From Dehalococcoidia bacterium (GTDB taxonomy: Bacteria; Chloroflexota; Dehalococcoidia; Lucifugimonadales; UBA3495), in the NCBI GenBank assembly GCA_003523055.1, contig DPHC01000005.1, forward strand, positions 152,281 to 216,280: a stretch of 64,000 nucleotides of DNA. The letters are read 5' to 3'. The translations under genes and the position numbers were made by a program. Below the pieces are notes generated by a model. The model saw only the letters and a program-made list of their open reading frames with translations. It did not search any database and was not told the DNA's origin. This document shows positions 30,275 through 39,642 of the stretch, one piece after another (the first letter of the stretch is position 1; every line of letters begins with the position of its first letter).

Positions 30275-31276
30275 ATGCTTGATGAAAAACAACTTAATAA
30301 GCGAATTGCTATTATAGGTCATGAAAATGCAATTGTAGGTCAATTGTTAAAAAAGCTTCAAGACCAAGATTATATTTCTAATTTAGTTTCAATAAATGAA
30401 ACATTAACCCCAATACCGGTCAAGAAACTGACTGCAGTTAGACAAAGCATCGATAGTCCTTACTACACTATTTTAAGGCGACATAGGGTTAATACAATAA
30501 TTCATATGGGATTATACAATTCATTGGATGTCCCTAGTAAATTGTTACCAGATCTTTCTGATCGTAACGATAAGGTGATAGATTCGTTGTTGGACTCTTG
30601 CGAGAACTCTGATATTGATCACTTGGTATTTATAAGTTCCTCATGCATCTATCATTCTGCGCCAGTGGATTGGGCATCTGTAAGTGAGTCTGATGTACAT
30701 GAATCTGAGAAAGGGTTGTCTTTGGGGTTAGATCATTACAAGGCTGAACAGAAATTACGACAATATGCTAATAACAATTCTCATATAGCGGTTACAATTT
30801 TGAGACCGTCTTCTGTTTTAGGACCTTCTAGTAATAGGATAATGTGCCTTGAATCAGTATCTTGGAATACAGTTTCAATTAAAAACGGTTTTCCACTGCA
30901 ATTTATGCATGAATATGATTTTATTGACGCTATCGATAAAACTGTAGAATCTATTCCAATAGGCGTTTTTAATATTGCGTCGGCAGGGGTTATATATCCT
31001 GCTGAAATAAAAAAAATTATTGGGAAGAAAATCATTTCAATCCCAAGATCGTTCCCGTATTTCTTGGTAAAATGGCTTATTAGGTTCATATCATTTCATA
31101 ACATTAAGGACTTCCATTGGAAGTCCTTAATGTATCCTGTTGTTATGTCCACAGTGAAATTCACTAATGAAACAGCATTCCAACCGATGTTTAATTCAAA
31201 CGATGCTGTAACTGATTACATATATAGCAATATTATTATGAAAGAAGAAGTAGAGATCATTTACGATGGAAAGTGA
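30275..31276 (+). CDS. NAD-dependent epimerase/dehydratase-like (extended SDR) protein
   Basis: N-terminal Rossmann-like IAIIGHENAIVG, and FISSS..Y...Y.AEQK. The ATG directly abuts the stop of the polyprenyl synthase gene. Confidence 0.45.
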   Translation: MLDEKQLNKRIAIIGHENAIVGQLLKKLQDQDYISNLVSINETLTPIPVKKLTAVRQSIDSPYYTILRRHRVNTIIHMGLYNSLDVPSKLLPDLSDRNDKVIDSLLDSCENSDIDHLVFISSSCIYHSAPVDWASVSESDVHESEKGLSLGLDHYKAEQKLRQYANNNSHIAVTILRPSSVLGPSSNRIMCLESVSWNTVSIKNGFPLQFMHEYDFIDAIDKTVESIPIGVFNIASAGVIYPAEIKKIIGKKIISIPRSFPYFLVKWLIRFISFHNIKDFHWKSLMYPVVMSTVKFTNETAFQPMFNSNDAVTDYIYSNIIMKEEVEIIYDGK

Positions 31277-31288
31277 AGCTAATAAAAA

Positions 31289-32296
31289 TTATACTTCACT
31301 TAAGTTTTGATTAATATCTTCTTCAAATTTAAAATCTGTATTCCATAATTGTAATATTTCGGCATCTTCGGATTCACTGAATTCTGTACATTCAAGAGAT
31401 TCTACAAAATGATTTAAGTCGGATAAGTTTGTTATGTTAGGTAAGACACTTATGATAGTTGGCTGAGCAAGGCAAAATTGTATAGCAGCTTGGCTTAAAG
31501 TTCGCCCAATTTCTTCTCCATATATGAAATCTAGTTTTTCAACTCGCTTGAGTGCCCAGGCTAGCCACTCTATTCGTCGGTGAGACCGATGGTCGCCCTC
31601 TTTGAAAATGGGAGGTTCTTTGTACTTCCCTGTAAGAGCTTCAGATGCGTGAGGTACTCTTGAAATAAGTCCGACTTCCATATCTTTTGCTGTTTTGAAA
31701 AAATCTCTAGCTGGGTCTTGCTCAAGAATACTATAAATAATCTGTAGGGATGTGACGTGACGTTCTTTCATAGATGCTTCACCTTCTTCAAACCAGCCAA
31801 TATCGGGACCTAATGCTGATCCGTAATGACGAATCTTCCCTTCAGATTTCAATTCCTCTAGTGTTTCAAAAACATAGTCTTGTTCAATAGTGTCAATTCT
31901 TGGATTATGCAATTGATATATATCTATGTAGTCAGTTTTTAGTCTTTTCAAGCTTTGTTCACACGCAAATTTAATAAATTCAGGTTCAAATTTTTGTGGA
32001 CGTTCTTGATGCCCAATTCTAGGAGTTTTATCGTAAAAATCGTACCCGAACTTAGTGGCTATAACCATATCGTGCCTTTTATGCCCTAAGTATTTAGCTA
32101 GTACCTCTTCTCCAAACCCTTCTCCATAGGTGTCAGCGGTATCAAAGAAATTGATGCCCAATTCCAAAGCGTTTTCGAGAAGAGACTGTTTATCATTGTC
32201 TTCTATGTGGCCCCACCAATTGGTAGCTACAGTCCATGCTCCGAATCCAATTTCTGAGAGGTGTAAGTCTGATTTCGGTAATTTTCTATATTTCAT
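31289..32296 (-). CDS. Aldo/keto reductase
   Basis: GFGAW, FFDTADTYG, DIYQLHNP. Confidence 0.85.
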   Translation of the reverse strand: MKYRKLPKSDLHLSEIGFGAWTVATNWWGHIEDNDKQSLLENALELGINFFDTADTYGEGFGEEVLAKYLGHKRHDMVIATKFGYDFYDKTPRIGHQERPQKFEPEFIKFACEQSLKRLKTDYIDIYQLHNPRIDTIEQDYVFETLEELKSEGKIRHYGSALGPDIGWFEEGEASMKERHVTSLQIIYSILEQDPARDFFKTAKDMEVGLISRVPHASEALTGKYKEPPIFKEGDHRSHRRIEWLAWALKRVEKLDFIYGEEIGRTLSQAAIQFCLAQPTIISVLPNITNLSDLNHFVESLECTEFSESEDAEILQLWNTDFKFEEDINQNLSEV

Positions 32297-32311
32297 TAAT
32301 TCCCCTGATGA

Positions 32312-32887
32312 TTATTTAAGAGCGTTTTTAATCTGGGTGATAGTGTCTTGTAGTTTTTGTTCGCTCATCACAGACGTAGATGCTATATCTAAAGGTTGCT
32401 CTAGCTCAACCCAGGACTTACAACCTCCATACTCTGATTTGTAAGGAACAGTAATAGGTTTATCTAATTTGCTAACTTTAAGTAACATGATCGATAATGG
32501 GAAATTAGGTTTCCATCTCAGTCTCGATTCTGCGTAATTAGCGGTCCAAATATGGTAATCGTTGAGTTTCTGTAATGTGGAATGGTCGGTAGTTTCTATT
32601 ACTTCTACGACTTCTGCCCAGGTGTTGAATATGACGGACTCGGTTTGCACATTTGATTGTTCATATGGTTGTATTTTACTTTGGTAAAGAGGTTTTAATA
32701 GCTCAAGTGATTGATGTTCAAATGTTGGATATAATAAGAAGTTATCATGAATTACTGTAAAGTGCTTAGAATCTTCTCGTATGCCGCCTTTACGGAGTAA
32801 CATAATTTGCTCTCCATCGATTAGTGCGTCTACTGCAACTGCCCATTCTTTAAACGCTACTTTACATGTTGTTTTTGTATTAACCAT
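32312..32887 (-). CDS. DUF1802 family protein
   Basis: AFKEWAVAVDALIDGEQIMLLRKGGIRE N-terminal signature. Confidence 0.5.
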   Translation of the reverse strand: MVNTKTTCKVAFKEWAVAVDALIDGEQIMLLRKGGIREDSKHFTVIHDNFLLYPTFEHQSLELLKPLYQSKIQPYEQSNVQTESVIFNTWAEVVEVIETTDHSTLQKLNDYHIWTANYAESRLRWKPNFPLSIMLLKVSKLDKPITVPYKSEYGGCKSWVELEQPLDIASTSVMSEQKLQDTITQIKNALK

Positions 32888-32920
32888 CAGTCCTCCTAGT
32901 TTTTACAGGCGTTTATTATA

Positions 32921-33694
32921 TCAAAATTTTACTAATGATTTTAAATTAGCTGTAGTTGTATTTCCAACTTCTTCGATTGATATGTTTTTTATTAATGCCA
33001 TGCGGGATGCAATATCCATCAAATGACGAGGTTCAGTCCAGCTTTGGCGGTTTTTTTTGAAAGGCTGAGGATAACAATCTGTTTCTAAAACCATATTTGA
33101 TAAAGGGATATGTTTAACAGTAGTTTGAAGTTCAGGAATTCTGAGTAAAGGCCGGGCGATAGATATGTAAAATCCCAGATCTATGGCTTGTAGAGCAGTT
33201 CGTATATTAGATTGAAAATAGTGCATGATTCCGCCTACTTTGAAAGCCTGCTCTTCTTTTAGTAAGTTGAATACGTCATCGTGGGATTCTCTTGAATGGA
33301 AAATTATAGGTTTGTTAGCAGCGATTGCTATACGGATTTGTTCTCTGAACACTTGTTGCTGAAGGGCTTTATTAGGTGATCCGGGTAAATAGTCTAATCC
33401 AATTTCACTCATGCAGACGACTTTGTCATTGTTTGTAATCATAGAATAAAGTAATAATGACTGTTTTTCATCAAGTAGTTGTGTTACCTCTGAAGGATGT
33501 ATGCCGGTTCCAGCATAAATCATGGGGTACTGGTTTGCGAGGCTGATGCATTTTTTTGTTGACTTTAAAGTTGTGCCGGCTGCTATTATATGAGTAACGT
33601 TATGCGCTATTGCTCTTTCTATTATTCCAGGTAGTTCTTCATTGTCATATTGGTCAACATGAGTATGGCTGTCACATAGATTTATCATAGTCAC
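32921..33694 (-). CDS. tatD: TatD family metal-dependent hydrolase
   Basis: DSHTH, GIHP, EIGLDY, FHSRE, ETDCYP. Confidence 0.85.
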   Translation of the reverse strand: MTMINLCDSHTHVDQYDNEELPGIIERAIAHNVTHIIAAGTTLKSTKKCISLANQYPMIYAGTGIHPSEVTQLLDEKQSLLLYSMITNNDKVVCMSEIGLDYLPGSPNKALQQQVFREQIRIAIAANKPIIFHSRESHDDVFNLLKEEQAFKVGGIMHYFQSNIRTALQAIDLGFYISIARPLLRIPELQTTVKHIPLSNMVLETDCYPQPFKKNRQSWTEPRHLMDIASRMALIKNISIEEVGNTTTANLKSLVKF

Positions 33695-33882
33695 TTTAGA
33701 TTACAGATTTAGCAATTTGCTATATAATAGCAACATAAACATTTTATTGTAGATTATATTGTGTGTCAAAAATCTATTAATGCAGTTATGATATTGCAAT
33801 AGCTAAGGATTTGACATAAAGATTCATGAATGGCCGTTCAAAATCAATATTGGCCATAATTTTTTAACAGACGAGGGAAAGT

Positions 33883-35343
33883 ATGACGAGCCCAAAAAGT
33901 ATTTCAAGACATTCTACTGATTTAGATACAGAATATAAATGGGGATTCACCATGGACGTAGAAGGTGATGTCGCTCCCAAAGGTTTAAGTGAAGAGATTG
34001 TTAGGTTTATATCATCGAAAAAGAATGAACCTGAGTGGCTACTTGAATGGAGATTACAAGCATTTAAATTTTGGGAAAGTCAAATAGATGTACACCCGGA
34101 ATGGGCTAATGTTAGTTTTCCCAAGATCGATTTTCAAGATTTGCATTATTATGCAGATCCGACTGCTAAAAAAGATGGACCGAAAAGCTTAGATGAAGTG
34201 GACCCTGAAATAATCGAAGGTTTTAATAAATTAGGAATACCGATCGAAGAACAAAAGCAATTGGCTGGAGTAGCAATAGATGCTGTATTAGACAGTGTCT
34301 CTGTAGCTACTACTTACCAAGATATGTTGGAAAAAGAAGGCATAATATTTTGCTCGATTAGTGAAGCTGTCCAAAAGCATCCAGATTTAGTAAAAAAATA
34401 CTTGGGTTCTGTGGTTCCATATTCTGACAATTATTACGCTTGTTTGAATGCAGCTGTATTCAGTGATGGATCATTTGCATATATCCCTAAAGGTACAAGA
34501 TGCCCGATAGAATTAATGACATATTTTAGAATAAACCAGATAAATAGCGGGCAATTTGAAAGAACATTGATTGTAGCAGAAGATGATAGTTATGTTAGTT
34601 ACTTGGAAGGATGCACAGCTCCAGTAAGAAAAGAATCTCAACTGCATGCAGCGGTCGTAGAATTAGTCGCAATGGACAATGCTGAAATCAAATATTCAAC
34701 TTTACAAAATTGGTATCCGGGCGATAAAAATGGCCAAGGAGGAATATATAATTTTGTGACAAAGAGAGGAAAAGCAGTAGGTGTAAATTCGAAAATTTCA
34801 TGGACTCAAGTAGAAACAGGTTCTGCTATAACATGGAAATATCCTAGTGTTATTTTGCAAGGAGATAATTCCATAGGAGAATTTTATTCTGTGGCATTGG
34901 TTAATAATTACCAACAAGCAGATACTGGAACCAAGATGATTCATATTGGTAAAAACACTAAGAGCACTATTATTGCTAAAGGTATTTCGGCAGGCCATGC
35001 TGAAAATACTTATAGAGGATTAGTAAAAATAAACCCATCTGCTACCGGAGCAAAGAATTTTACTCAATGTGATTCATTGCTTGTTGGAGATACGTGCGGA
35101 GCACACACAGTTCCTTATATTGAGGTTAAAAATCCAACGGCTCAATTAGAACATGAAGCAACTACTTCTAAAGTGAGCGATGATCAGTTGTTCTATTGCC
35201 AGCAACGAGGTATTGGCCAAGAAGAAGCTCACTATATGATTATTAACGGGTTTTGCAGAGGAATATTCCAAGAATTGCCGTTCGAATTCGCAATGGAAGC
35301 TTCACAATTACTAAAGGTTAGTTTAGAGGGGACAGTAGGATAA
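33883..35343 (+). CDS. sufB: Fe-S cluster assembly protein SufB
   Basis: [46 protein letters not shown]. Confidence 0.95.
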   Translation: MTSPKSISRHSTDLDTEYKWGFTMDVEGDVAPKGLSEEIVRFISSKKNEPEWLLEWRLQAFKFWESQIDVHPEWANVSFPKIDFQDLHYYADPTAKKDGPKSLDEVDPEIIEGFNKLGIPIEEQKQLAGVAIDAVLDSVSVATTYQDMLEKEGIIFCSISEAVQKHPDLVKKYLGSVVPYSDNYYACLNAAVFSDGSFAYIPKGTRCPIELMTYFRINQINSGQFERTLIVAEDDSYVSYLEGCTAPVRKESQLHAAVVELVAMDNAEIKYSTLQNWYPGDKNGQGGIYNFVTKRGKAVGVNSKISWTQVETGSAITWKYPSVILQGDNSIGEFYSVALVNNYQQADTGTKMIHIGKNTKSTIIAKGISAGHAENTYRGLVKINPSATGAKNFTQCDSLLVGDTCGAHTVPYIEVKNPTAQLEHEATTSKVSDDQLFYCQQRGIGQEEAHYMIINGFCRGIFQELPFEFAMEASQLLKVSLEGTVG

Positions 35344-35349
35344 ATATAC

Positions 35350-36090
35350 ATGATTGAAGTTAAAGATTTAAAAGCTAATATTGAAGAAAAAGAAATATTA
35401 AAAGGGATTAATTTAATTATAAATCCAGGAGAAGTGCATGCTATTATGGGGCCTAATGGCTCAGGTAAAAGCACATTAGCTAACGTGATAGCTGGCCGTC
35501 CTGAATACACTGTAACAAGCGGGTCTGTACAATTTGAACAGCAAGAGCTTTTAGCATTAGAACCTGAAGATCGCGCTCGTGCAGGAGTTTTTCTAGCTTT
35601 CCAGTACCCTACAGAATTACCAGGAGTTAGAGCTTGGCAGTTCTTAAAAGCTGCCGTTGATGCAATCAGAGTGCACAATGGTGACCCTGAATATACCGCA
35701 AGAGAGTTTGATCTGAGATTAAAAGAATGTGTTTCAGAAGTGTCTATTGATCCAGAATTGGTTAAAAGAAATGTCAATGAAGGATTTTCTGGAGGTGAGA
35801 AAAAACGAAACGAAATACTCCAAATGACGCTATTAAATCCCAAACTAGCTATTTTAGATGAAACTGATTCTGGGTTAGACATAGATGCTCTTAAAATTGT
35901 TGCTGATGGGGTAAACAATTTTAGAAATGAAAATAACGCGGTACTAGTTGTAACTCACTATCAAAGACTATTGAATTATATAGTTCCCGATAAAGTACAT
36001 GTGCTGTTTGATGGAAGAATAGTTCAATCTGGTGGTCCTGAGCTTGCGTTGGAATTAGAGGCTAAAGGATATGATTGGGTTAAAAATTAA
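35350..36090 (+). CDS. sufC: Fe-S cluster assembly ATPase SufC
   Basis: GPNGSGKSTL, FSGGEKKRNEILQ, AILDETDSGLD. Confidence 0.95.
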   Translation: MIEVKDLKANIEEKEILKGINLIINPGEVHAIMGPNGSGKSTLANVIAGRPEYTVTSGSVQFEQQELLALEPEDRARAGVFLAFQYPTELPGVRAWQFLKAAVDAIRVHNGDPEYTAREFDLRLKECVSEVSIDPELVKRNVNEGFSGGEKKRNEILQMTLLNPKLAILDETDSGLDIDALKIVADGVNNFRNENNAVLVVTHYQRLLNYIVPDKVHVLFDGRIVQSGGPELALELEAKGYDWVKN

Positions 36091-36133
36091 AATGGAACTT
36101 GTTCTAAAAGTGTCGTTTTAGGATGTGTAGATT

Positions 36134-37444
36134 GTGAGTGAAATGGATTTGAAATATGAATGTTATGAAAAAGACTATGAACTGATAGTCCAAAATTCAG
36201 CGGGAATTGCTAATAAAATCAGGAGTAATGCTTGGAAAGCTTTTGTTGAATCTGGTATGCCGGTAGCTAGGAAGGGGAATGAAAAATGGAAATATACCAA
36301 TGTTAATTCCATCTTGGAAAAAACTTTCCGTAAAAATGCTAAACAGCTAAGCTCTAAGATATCTGCCGAAAGTATTCCATGCGGAAGTACATCGCATATA
36401 AAGATTGTTTTATTGGATGGACACTTATCAGAAGATTTATCTTCAAACATGAAGGCGTTTGACGGGATCACTATTACCACTATACAGGAAGGTTTGGACG
36501 TAGGTAATGAAAATAAACATTTCGCAAAACATTCATCATTAAAAGATGGTTTTGTTTCGTTGAATACTGCCTTGTTTAATGAAGGGATTAGCGTGGAAGT
36601 AGAACCTAAAACCGAGCCAATCACCTTGGAATTATTACATTTTACTACAGGGAGTAAGGGAGTCGCTAATTATCCAAGATTATTAGTTAATCTAAAAGAA
36701 AATTCTAATCTGACGTTAATAGAAGGATTTTTCAGTAATAATGATGGAGAACATTTTACTGATGCAGTTACTGAAATAGTATTAGATCCTGGTTCTAGAA
36801 TGGTTCATGCAAGAGTAATGCTTGAAAATTTAGATTCTGTTCATATGGGAACTACAAATGTTTATCAATCTTCTGACAGCGAATTTAAATCTGCATCTTT
36901 TTCTAAAGGCTCTAAGCTAGCTAGAAATGAAATGTCAGTTTTATTAGATGGTCCTGGTTCATCCTGTGATCTTTCAGGACTATATTTGACTGTGGACGAT
37001 CAACATGTGGATAATCTTATCAATATTGATCATGCTAAACCTAACTGTACAAGTAATATTAAGTACAAAGGAATATTAGATGGAAATTCAAGAGCCATCT
37101 TTGGCGGAGAAGTAATTGTTAGGAAAGATGCCCAGAAAACAAATGCTCTTCAGTCTGACAAAAACTTGGTTTTGTCCAATGGTGCTGAAATTGATAGTAA
37201 GCCAAGCTTATGGATTTATGCTGATGATGTTCAATGTGGCCATGGGGCTACTGCGGGTAGTATAAATGGAGATACAGTTTTTTATATGAAAAGCAGAGGA
37301 TTAGATGAACGTACGGCGAGTCGCTTTTTAATCCATGCATTCGCACGTGAAATTATTGAAACAATAGATGATCCAGATTTCATGCAATACTTAGATGATA
37401 TGTATGAATCATCTATCCCGGACGTAACCCTTAATTTGGCGTAA
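36134..37444 (+). CDS. sufD: Fe-S cluster assembly protein SufD
   Basis: Operon position between sufC and sufS. SufB/D beta-helix C-terminus (IYADDVQCGHGAT...FYMKSRGL). GTG start, or ATG at 36143. Confidence 0.85.
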   Translation: MSEMDLKYECYEKDYELIVQNSAGIANKIRSNAWKAFVESGMPVARKGNEKWKYTNVNSILEKTFRKNAKQLSSKISAESIPCGSTSHIKIVLLDGHLSEDLSSNMKAFDGITITTIQEGLDVGNENKHFAKHSSLKDGFVSLNTALFNEGISVEVEPKTEPITLELLHFTTGSKGVANYPRLLVNLKENSNLTLIEGFFSNNDGEHFTDAVTEIVLDPGSRMVHARVMLENLDSVHMGTTNVYQSSDSEFKSASFSKGSKLARNEMSVLLDGPGSSCDLSGLYLTVDDQHVDNLINIDHAKPNCTSNIKYKGILDGNSRAIFGGEVIVRKDAQKTNALQSDKNLVLSNGAEIDSKPSLWIYADDVQCGHGATAGSINGDTVFYMKSRGLDERTASRFLIHAFAREIIETIDDPDFMQYLDDMYESSIPDVTLNLA

Positions 37445-37446
37445 AT

Positions 37447-38691
37447 ATGATGAATGACGTAGAAAAAGTTGGAAAAAAGTTGGTTAGTGATATCCGGCAA
37501 GATTTTCCAATATTACAAGAAATGGTTAATGGCCATAGATTAGTTTATTTAGATAATGGAGCTACTACTCAGAAACCTATTTCCGTTATTGATGCTATTT
37601 CTGAATATTACAGGCAATACAACTCAAATATTCATAGAGGTGTCCATACTCTAAGCCAATTAGCTACAGACCGTTACGAACTTGCCAGAAACAAAGTTAA
37701 GAACTTCATCAATGCTCAAAATGATGAGGAAATTATATTTGTGCGAGGAACCACAGAAGGAATTAACTTGGTGGCACAAAGTTATGCTAGAAACCGATTA
37801 AAGAAAGGTGATGAAGTAATCATTTCGACAATGGAACATCATTCTAATATTGTTCCTTGGCAAATGGTATGTGAACAAACTCAATCTATACTAAAAATCA
37901 TACCAATAGATGAGAATGGAGTTTTGTTAATGGATGACTATGAAGCTTTATTATCTGATAAGACGAAAATAGTTTCTATTGTCCATCAATCTAATACATT
38001 AGGAACAATTAATCCAGTTAAGCAGATTACTAAGCTAGCACATGACGCTGGCGCTATAGTATTAGTGGATGGAGCTCAATCAGCTCCTCATTTGAGCATT
38101 GATGTTCAAGATATAGACTGTGATTTTTTTGCGTTTTCGGGACATAAAGTATGTGGACCCACTGGAGTGGGAATTTTGTATGGCAAACAAGATATATTAG
38201 AAGAAATGCCTCCTTATCAAGGAGGTGGAGACATGATTAGAAGTGTTTCTTTTGAGAAAACAACATACAATGATTTGCCATATAAATTTGAAGCTGGAAC
38301 TCCTAACATCGCAGGAGGTATTGGATTAGGAGTAGCTATAGATTATTTAACTAATCTTGGAATGGAAAATATTGCTCTCCATGAAAAGAATATTTTGAGT
38401 TATGCTAAAGAAAATCTCAGAAACATGTCCGGAATTAGAATAATAGGTGATGCTGAAGAATACGGGGGAGTAGTATCATTCGTGATGGATGCAGCTCATC
38501 CACATGATATCGGAACAATATTGGACTCTGAAGGCGTGGCGATAAGAACAGGCCATCATTGTACTCAGCCGTTAATGGACCGATTTGATATACCTGCTAC
38601 AGCACGAGCATCTATTTCATTTTATAATACCAAAGATGATGTTGATAGATTTTTGGTGGCTGTCGACAGAGTCTCAGAGCTATTTGGCTGA
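37447..38691 (+). CDS. sufS: Cysteine desulfurase SufS (group II)
   Basis: YLDNGATTQKP, NIHRGVH, FSGHKVCGPTG (PLP-Lys), RTGHHCTQPL (catalytic Cys). Confidence 0.93.
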   Translation: MMNDVEKVGKKLVSDIRQDFPILQEMVNGHRLVYLDNGATTQKPISVIDAISEYYRQYNSNIHRGVHTLSQLATDRYELARNKVKNFINAQNDEEIIFVRGTTEGINLVAQSYARNRLKKGDEVIISTMEHHSNIVPWQMVCEQTQSILKIIPIDENGVLLMDDYEALLSDKTKIVSIVHQSNTLGTINPVKQITKLAHDAGAIVLVDGAQSAPHLSIDVQDIDCDFFAFSGHKVCGPTGVGILYGKQDILEEMPPYQGGGDMIRSVSFEKTTYNDLPYKFEAGTPNIAGGIGLGVAIDYLTNLGMENIALHEKNILSYAKENLRNMSGIRIIGDAEEYGGVVSFVMDAAHPHDIGTILDSEGVAIRTGHHCTQPLMDRFDIPATARASISFYNTKDDVDRFLVAVDRVSELFG

Positions 38692-38724
38692 CGAGTAGAC
38701 TTATAGGAGGATGGTTTTACATAA

Positions 38725-39174
38725 ATGCCGGGATTAAGCGATTTATATCAAGAAATATTATTAGAACACAATTCAAAACCAAAGAATTTTTTTGTAGTAG
38801 AAGGTCATACTCACCATAAAGAAGGGTTTAATCCTTTGTGCGGAGATAGGATTCAATTATATGTGACCCTGAAAAATGATTTAATCACTGAAGTAGGGTT
38901 CCAAGGTTCAGGATGTGCTATATCAAGAGCATCTACCTCAATGATGACAGAAAGCGTGAAAGGTAAATCGTTAGAGCAAATCAATATAATTTTTGAAGAA
39001 GTTCGTAAAATGCTTACAGAACCAGGTAGTGATTTGGACGCAGATATATTAGGGGATCTGGAAATGTTATCCGGAGTTACTGAATACCCAGTTAGGATAA
39101 AATGTGCCATATTATCATGGCATACTCTGAAGTCATTAATTGATAATTCTGCTGACCAGGTGTCTACGGAATAG
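38725..39174 (+). CDS. sufU: SufU (SUF-type NifU/IscU-like sulfurtransferase/scaffold)
   Basis: NPLCGD, GSGCAISRAS, VRIKCA: the three Cys ligands plus Asp in SufU spacing. Confidence 0.85.
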   Translation: MPGLSDLYQEILLEHNSKPKNFFVVEGHTHHKEGFNPLCGDRIQLYVTLKNDLITEVGFQGSGCAISRASTSMMTESVKGKSLEQINIIFEEVRKMLTEPGSDLDADILGDLEMLSGVTEYPVRIKCAILSWHTLKSLIDNSADQVSTE

Positions 39175-39183
39175 GACAAACTC

Positions 39184-39642
39184 ATGGATGAATTACGGGA
39201 TAATTTTCTTGAAAATATTTATAAAGACACGATTATGGACCATTACCGTAATCCACGGCATTCTGAATTATTAGAAAGATATGATTTTGCACAAGAGGAA
39301 CTTAATCCATTTTGTGGTGATAAAATTTTATTACAACTTAAGCTTAATGATAGCGCCATAATACAAGATATTTGCGCTAAAGCCGAAGGATGTACAGTAA
39401 TTAAAGCTTCAGCTTCCCTCATGAGTATGTTTTTAACCAATTTGCATATGAATGAAATAAATGACCGAATTGAAAAATTCCATTTATTTTTAAAGAACGA
39501 ACTTCCAAATGACAAACGATATCTCATAGGATGCTTGGCCGAGTTATCAGTTGTTATTGATCATCCAGTAAGACTGAAATGCGTGTTGTTACCCTTCAGA
39601 TCATTAGAAAAAATACTCAAGCAATATAAAACTACAGTTTAA
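39184..39642 (+). CDS. Second, divergent SufU/IscU-like paralogue
   Basis: NPFCGD, AEGCTVIKASAS, VRLKCV: the same ligand pattern as the upstream SufU in an otherwise diverged sequence. Confidence 0.65.
   Translation: MDELRDNFLENIYKDTIMDHYRNPRHSELLERYDFAQEELNPFCGDKILLQLKLNDSAIIQDICAKAEGCTVIKASASLMSMFLTNLHMNEINDRIEKFHLFLKNELPNDKRYLIGCLAELSVVIDHPVRLKCVLLPFRSLEKILKQYKTTV

Noticed and set aside
35232-35918. 228-aa minus-strand ORF
   Set aside because: It is antisense to the 3' end of sufB and to sufC, both with unambiguous motifs. The translation is Ser-rich and low in complexity.
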